From: Octopus sinensis | Taxonomy: Eukaryota | Assembly: GCF_006345805.1 (NCBI RefSeq) | Contig: NC_043015.1 | Location: 2,108,001 to 2,172,000, forward strand | Direction of reading: 5' to 3' | DNA: 64,000 nucleotides | In this document: positions 56,211 through 64,000 of the stretch, in pieces | Numbering within the stretch: position 1 is the first letter of the stretch | How the letters are laid out: every line of letters starts with the position of its first letter | Notes under the pieces: generated by a model | Seen by the model: only the letters and a program-made list of their open reading frames with translations | What the model was told of the DNA's origin: nothing | The model's database searches: none | Program-made: the position numbers and the translations under genes

Positions 56211-56429
56211 TATACTGTTAATATCCCCGCTTCGGCTAATGCGGGTGGTTCTCCTGTAGCTGCTGTTTCTGTTTTCGTTGATGTTGTTATTGATGTTGTT
56301 GTTGGTGTTGCTATGAGGACAGTGAGAACACTGAGATGTCAAATTAATTTCACTGAAGTTATAAGAAAACAACAATAACGCCATCCTTATTACCATAATT
56401 AACAACAAACACATGAAATATATCATTGG

Positions 56430-56730
56430 TCGTAAGTGTATCATCGACATCCATAGCCTCATCATCATCACCATCAAGTTTATCATTATCATCATCATCA
56501 TTACCGTCATCATCAGCAGCATCAATTTCATCATTTACCGTAAACAACGCCACTTCTCTCCTCCACCTTATACTCATTATCATTAACCTCTTAATCATAA
56601 TCAGCGGCAGCAGCACGACCACCATCACCACCACCGCAATCATCATCACATCACCATCATAATCATCGTCATCATCATCATCATCATCGTCATCATCACC
56701 TTCATCATCAGTACCATTATTATCAGCACT
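56430..56730. repeat. Degenerate (CAT/TCA)n tract, opposite orientation to 55627-56210
   Basis: Direct reading. Confidence 0.9.
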
Positions 56731-56889
56731 GTTGTAAACCGGATACCTTCTGGTGAATCCCATTCAAAAGAGAGGAAAGATGCGCTTTCCAATATAATAT
56801 TTGTGCTACAATATATGACTTTATCACACACACACACATACACACAAACGCACACACACACACATACAAACGCTCACAAATACATATAC

Positions 56890-56924
<35 letters not shown>

Positions 56925-56931
56925 ATATATA

Positions 56932-57017
<86 letters not shown>

Positions 57018-58109
57018 GCATGTATTTATGTATGTATGTATGAATATATAAATAGATACGGAAATAACAAGCTGTAGCAGATTCCTTGAGTCTATTACGT
57101 GTATTTTGTGCGCACAGGTGCTCGTTTGTGTGTCTTAGTAAATAGCTGTGTGTGTGAGTATGTCGGCATAAATTAAACGTAAGATCAACAACTTGTATAA
57201 AACAGATTCTGGTAATTATTTCGTTTTAGGTTACATACAAGATTTTATGTAACCTAAATCTTGCATTTAATACTGGTGTGACCCGCGGAAATTCCAACAA
57301 ATGAAAGACAAAAATTATAGGACATATTTCCGAAATAATGTATGATTCGCATCTTTACAGCGTTCATATTTTAGCTTTCTTTAAATGTTTTTCATGTTAG
57401 TCTACATTTATTACCTCTCGTCTCTGACAGTGTTTTCTTTTCCCTCTTCTTATAATATTTTCTCGCAGTTCCCGCCTGATCCGCGCTCTATATGTGAGCA
57501 TTCTTCCTCAGGCAGCTTTCAGCTATGTTTCTTGTGAATCCAGTGCTATCTTACCCTTAGAAATAAAGGTAACATTTTAAGCGATACTTGTTTTAAGCGA
57601 TGGTCGCTATAAAAAAAGTTCAATAAAAAAAACACGAAACACTCTTGACCATAACAACACCCTCACCACTACCACCGCCGTCGCCGCTATTAGCCGTTCT
57701 CTCTCTCACTTTCTCTCTCTCTGTCTCTCTTCCTCTATCTATATAACTATCTCCCATGTCCATCTCCCGCTCAATCTACATTTCCCATCAGCTAACGTTT
57801 TAACCACATGATAATTATTCATTTCCTTACCCACCATACATCATTAACACTTCTCCCTCCGTCTTTTTTTCTCATCCTTCATCTCTACATCCCGCTGGAC
57901 ATGTCACCATTTGGCCTAAGTATATTAATATTAACCACTTTCCTCTACTTCTTCTTCTCTTATTTCTTTACCCCTCCTCTTTTTAATTCTTACCTCACCT
58001 CTCAATCGCCTTACCTCCGCTTCTCTAACTAACTAACTAAGTAATGTGTAACGGGCGAAGGAACAAGCAGAGTATTATGTAGACTAGCAGAACAAGTAAA
58101 TATTTCACG

Positions 58110-58290
58110 GAATTAATGGTAAATCTATTGGGTTAGATCTGAAAACTTAATCCAAAAAGCCTGAAAGCATGAACTGTGTTATATCTGTATCAAAAGACTG
58201 ACGTTAAACAGCTACTCATAGAAAAGTGGAAGGAATTGGAATATGATAACTTAATGCACTTAATATATACACCTTATATACTTTATGCAC
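58110..58290 (+). mobile_element. Possible Tc1-like transposase C-terminal remnant
   Basis: TDVKQLLIEKWKELEYDNLMHLI resembles the L...L.EEW..L....L..L..SM helix of Tc1 DDE transposases. Very degenerate. Confidence 0.35.
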
Positions 58291-58768
58291 AATTTTATAG
58301 ACTTTATACACATACTCATAAAATAAATGTTCACACTTATTTTTTTTTCATTTGTCCCATAAAATGAGAAAAAAAATCCCGTACATATGATAAAATATTT
58401 AGTGTGACTGCATATGTCTGCCACGTAAATAAGCATGACTAAGTCACGGAATTGCAATTATGCGCATTCACATGCGTTAAGTGATACAAAAAATTTAGCT
58501 CAATTAAAAAAAAATACAGTTTTCACTATCCAGTCACCCCCACCACCATCTCAATCTCCACCACCATAATTTCCACATACATATATATAGAGTTTTAATC
58601 CACAAAAAAATACGAACACCATCATCTCCTTGCCATCGGTTTCATAAATTGTTAAAATGCCATGAAAACAATGATAGCCTTAGCACACAAATAAAATTTT
58701 TTATGCACCAATGCGCTGTTGAGCACACTTTTTTGTTCGCTGTTTTTGTTCGACATTTACGTGTGTTC

Positions 58769-58801
<33 letters not shown>

Positions 58802-58803
58802 AT

Positions 58804-58838
<35 letters not shown>

Positions 58839-59074
58839 AAGAGGAGAAAAATGCACCGTTTATATAGTTTTAATACATTTATAATATATTTTATAATTTT
58901 TTAAAATATATTTTCTTAAAGTATATATTATAACTATGTAAACTGTGCGCATTTTCATTCTTTTATTTCAAATATGTTTTGCATTACTATTTATCAAGGT
59001 GGGGATAGTCGATATCCTCCTCCACCCTTTTCTGAATATATATATATATGTGTATGTGTGTGTGTATGTATGTA

Positions 59075-59395
59075 TACCGCACCTCCAACCTGTCCCTCTG
59101 ACGCATCATTCTTCGATCCTTCCGTTAATTCAAGTCCGACCTCTCCACCTCGCACATCTTCCCCAACCTACCATTTTCCTCCTTCAAACGTTCCCATAAC
59201 ATGCTTAACCTCCTTGTCCAAAGTTTTTTTCCATAACCCCACCTCACAGCCTGGCTCGTTCCACTTTTCCTGGCAAGGTGGTCCTACCTGTCCCTACCAC
59301 TCAAACACCACCATCTTCACAGGCACCCATCGCGATCTCTATCACAGCACCGACATTTTACCTGCACTGCTAGTCACGTCAGTTACTGCATTTCT

Positions 59396-59448
<53 letters not shown>

Positions 59449-59720
59449 TGTCCTTCCCTATACATCGGTCAAACTGGATACTACTTGATTGACAGGTTGG
59501 TGGAGAACCCCCGAGACATCACACTCAGCATTGACACCCTGGTCTCGCACCATTTCCGTTATACCCGTCATTCGTTACAACATCTGTCTGTGTTCGGACT
59601 GTCTTTGCACAGTGGCATTACGGTCGCCATCCTTTGGCGTGAACAAGATTTAATCTTCTGTCTTCGCTCCTGTGTGTCACTTGGACTCGACTCAACACGT
59701 CTCTTCATCTGGCGCCAACC
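59075..59720 (+). mobile_element. Penelope-like element C-terminus with GIY-YIG endonuclease (pseudogenised)
   Basis: PGSF...TCPYHSNTTIFTG, then CPSLYIGQTG..LIDRL.E..RDI....VSHHF...HSLQHLSVFGL..EQDLIF.LRS...LGL. Interrupted by (CT)n at ~59398-59447. Confidence 0.8.
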
Positions 59721-60310
59721 TCAACCCTTCTCTTCACTTGATACCAACCCACACCATTCTACACTCAACATCACCTCCCACTTCCCAGCACCCACACCAC
59801 ACAACATCATACACCCACGCACACACACACATAATGCCTGAACACAGGATATATATATATATACCCACGCAATACAAATTAACATACACATGTACAATCT
59901 TTGGTCACAGACACACACACATGCACACCATATGTGCATATACCACATGAAATACCACACAACTGCAACGCAAGACACACATACACGTCACAGAAGCTCA
60001 CATTCAAACCTGTCAGAATCACTCACACCTAATCATAGATACTTACATACGCTCTATACATACTTCCATACTGTACATGCGTCCCTATTCATACATACTC
60101 TCGCACAACATTCTCACATACACAAACACGCACTTGCACCTTTTCTTGGGATCACTACCATTTTATTATCTCCCTTTAATTCAACATCATTTTTTAAAAA
60201 TTAATATCTGCCTTTCTTTCAACCTCTTTTTTCACATCATTCTCCATGCTGCACTGCTGAAATCTACAAAACCTTTGCATTCTCATTCTCTTTATTTTAT
60301 CTTATTCCTT

Positions 60311-60345
60311 TATACTGAAGAGCGTAGGCTGGAAACGTAGAAAAG
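60311..60345 (+). ncRNA. Degenerate hammerhead-like motif downstream of the Penelope ORF
   Basis: CUGAAGA-GC-guag-GC-UG-GAAAC-GUA. Stems I and II are imperfect. Confidence 0.3.
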
Positions 60346-60490
60346 TTTTTCATTTTCCCGAGCGTCAGATTATTACACTTGTTTTTTGTTCATTCACGTG
60401 TCTTCCGCTTTTCTATTTCTATAAATTTTATAAATTTCAACTCTCTCACTGTCTATCTCTCTTTATACACATGCACGCACAGGCACACAT

Positions 60491-60596
<106 letters not shown>

Positions 60597-61697
60597 GCAA
60601 TTTAAGTACAAAATGGTAGCTCTGACTTTAAACATCCCTACTAGCGTGAGGCATTTATGTATAGTTGTGCCCTTAATGTAATTAAAGTATATAAATTTCG
60701 TTTTTCCATTCGGTTTGCAAAACTCTTTATGTGAATTCGTGTGTTGTTGAAGCTTATTTTGTTGTGTCTGTGAAGAGTCATTCTGTTTTAATGCCTTATT
60801 AATTAACACTTTCAATTACCACACGTTTCTTATTTTTCTTCTCAAATTTTCGTTATTTGTTGCAAACTCTTTAATGATTATTGATTCTGTCTGTTATCGG
60901 AGCTGCATTTTTTGCTTGTGCGCCTGTTCGTGCGTCAGTGTGCATGTATATATACTATGTATGTATACATGCGTGTGTGTACGGATGCATATATATGTGT
61001 ATGGATTTGTATGGCTTTGTACGTGCATGAGTTATGTATGGATGTAACTCCATATGTGTCCTTGTTTGTGAGTGTAGCGTGCGTGAGTGTATATGTTCAT
61101 GTATTAGTGTCTCCTTTTCTCTATGTATTTGCGTGCATGAGTGCTTGTATGTTCAGCGAAGATATATACATATCTATGTATATATAGAGATAGATACATA
61201 GATACATACATATAGTTATATAAATATATATTTATAGATGAGTATATATACATATATAGATGAATATAAATATATATATATATATTCATATATATATGTA
61301 TATATATTCATTTATAAATATATATATAACTATATGTATGTATGTATCTATCTATCTCTCTATATACATACACATGTATCTATCTTCGTCTATATATGTG
61401 CCTACTGACAAATCTAGCTGTGTTTGTATACACGGTGGGTATTGGATTATCACTACCTTCCATGTGTATTTTTAATTTAGTACGGCGTTGTTTCACTTAT
61501 TAGCACTACTCCTGTATTTGTCTGAGTGTTGGGTCCTTTGGGTCCATGGGGAAAATGGATGTGAATTCGACCCAGTGTCCCTCCATGTTGTTCTTTGGCA
61601 TGTTGCTACAGTACAGAAGACTGTTTTTGCCGTCATATTTTCTAAAATTTTTCATTTAACCTCTCTTCACTGCTTCAAGATGTCTCACCTCATATAA

Positions 61698-61765
<68 letters not shown>

Positions 61766-64000
61766 GTATGTATGCGTGTGTGTGTGTGTATATATAAAGA
61801 TATAAATGCATAAATAAAATAGTTATATGTGTGTTTGAATGCATGTTATTATGTAGGTATGTATATTATTATATAATAGACTTAGCTTGGTCAATTCTTA
61901 GCATAAGTGCTGCTACATAATAAAGGTATAATCTTGATTGCACACGTTTAAAAATCACAATAGACAGTTTGACATAAAATCCCACCACACGTTCCACTTT
62001 CTACCCTAAGGATCTTCTGTTTCCTCCCTCTGTTTTCACTACAGTAACTACAACTGCATCTGTTCCCACACCACCCCCATTTATATAGTTTTGCGTCGCT
62101 GACCTATCCTCCTCCCATCCCTTATGTGGCGACAAGTTTCCAGACTTTGTACTAAGCAATAGAAACGGCCCTTCTTACTTGCTCAGGTTTTCCCTATATT
62201 GTATTTTTTGTGCATCTTACAACAGTAAGAGCACAACACCCATTGCAATAATTTCACCAATCGATCATGCATCTAGATACATCTTAAAGAACAAGGAAAT
62301 GAAACAATAATATATCTAACCGGAGCTGTTGAGTCGCATACTTTCTCTATGTCACGTGTTCAAGCAGTAGGTAGGACGCCATGTTGTCTAAAGGACTTAA
62401 TCGACATATCGGATGTCTGTGTATTATCTATGACAAGAAGGAATTGTGAAAGTCCACCGGAAGCAAATTCTATAATAAAATATTGACGTCAGGGGGGTTA
62501 TTCTTATTATAGCTATCACTAACAATTCAGCTGCACTTACGTTCTCTTTCTCTGTCCAATTTAGCCATTTATCAATTTATTTAACTGCGTCAAACTCTTC
62601 ATCTATTTCTCAGTGTCCGTCTATCGAAAGTGTGTGTGAATGTGAATATGTATCCATAAATTTATCTGCTAGGTCATCTGTCGATATCAGATATATTTTC
62701 TCTTCTTGACAAATTAGCATACTTCAATGTATTTGTTTCACTTAATCGCAGCTTCATAGAATTTGTCCACCACTAATCAAATGTAATTCTTGAAATTATA
62801 GTTTACAGTCTTTGTGTTTATGTTTCCATGCGTTTATTTTGTATGTCTGTATCTATTTAGATAACTCTGTGCGCTGTACAGCCGATATATAGCTGTATGT
62901 GTGTGTGTTTGTGTATGCACGTCTGTGTGTGTGTGTGTGTAGTGAGACAGAGAGGGAAATAAAATGGAGACCACGTGTACATTTCCGTATATATAAGAAT
63001 TCAGCTTTGTACCGAGCCATCTCAATATGAATAAATTTTTATCTTCCTGGTTAAATTTATCGCCTACATATAACTACAGAAATAGCTAGCCACTTGAAGT
63101 AAATTTAACCTAACACATCTTCATTTAAGATCTACTGTCTACTATGTTTAAAGTCGCCTTTTAATTACAATAGGTTTGCTCACGTCTATGTTCATCAACC
63201 TTTCTCCTAATTTAAAATTGGTCTTTCAACCGAGTACGTTATCCAATACAATTCAACGCATTTTGTAAATAAAAGTAACTATAGATGGTTCATTATATAT
63301 TGACGTTGAAACTGTTTAAGACTTAGCTAACAATGGGACCGCCATTTTTCTTCTATTTTTTTCAACAGTCAAGTAGGCTGTTAGTTCGACAATAATCATC
63401 AACCAAAAGAAGTCTAACGTATATCGTTGCATTGCATTGTTTAGTTTTGTTTGAGATCTGAAATACAGCTGCTTTAAATTGAACGATTCATGGATTCAAG
63501 TAGTTTTTCGTCTGTGATTTATTTCGACAGTTGCAATTTCGAGAAGTGTGTGAATAGAACAAAACATCGTGTTCAGAAGCTGTTCAAATTCAGTGTGAAA
63601 TTTAGATTACTATTCGATAAACCATCTTCACCTCTAGACATCTTTCTACTCAAGAACAAAGTTTGCAACGAATAACACAGTGAACTTATTTCGATTTTAT
63701 AAATGAATATATAATTTAATACTTTTGAAATGTGCAAGTACTATGCTAATATTCTTTGCTGTATTCATACCACTTGTTTAAGTATCACTATTCATTCCTC
63801 TAGCAAAATTTTACAAGTAGAGCATTGTGCACAACCAAAGATGTTTGAAAAGATGTTTCTCAGTACTGATCTCTGTTGTTTCATTCAGTAGTTCTATTTA
63901 TAAGCAAGTGGCCGTGTGTTCGATGCCAGTGCGCGGTTTGCTAGGTTACCATCAACCATTATGGAATTAAAAATGTTTCACTTGGAAAGGAAGTTGGTAG

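Overview
AT-rich, microsatellite-dense eukaryotic DNA, almost certainly from a coleoid cephalopod (Octopus-like; inferred from three recurring tRNA-derived SINE families plus long (TA)n/(TATC)n/(TG)n tracts). I cannot confirm any host protein-coding gene, and most ORFs in the track are translations of microsatellites or SINEs. The window reads as a gene desert or giant intron filled with retroelements: a 3.4-kb CR1-group LINE (41760-45173), Tx1-like, R4/Dong-like and Penelope (GIY-YIG) fragments, mariner/Tc1 remnants, a Helentron-like element and about 20 SINEs. The most interesting signal is a set of small elements inserted in (TA)n tracts that carry type I hammerhead ribozyme (HHR) motifs. 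One is a 471-bp monomer with a 44-bp terminal redundancy and a near-canonical HHR (35223-35737). A second is a 342-bp monomer with a 35-bp redundancy and a decayed HHR (8516-8892). A third is a ~340-bp fold-back carrying sense and antisense HHRs (6264-6606), with a shorter sister fold-back at 11392-11560. Together they suggest Penelope-dependent, retrozyme-like (possibly circular-RNA) elements. Other notable points: a 40-nt 3' stem-loop shared between the CR1 LINE and the commonest SINE, a SINE trimer with an intact 18-bp TSD, and a few weak exon and promoter candidates.
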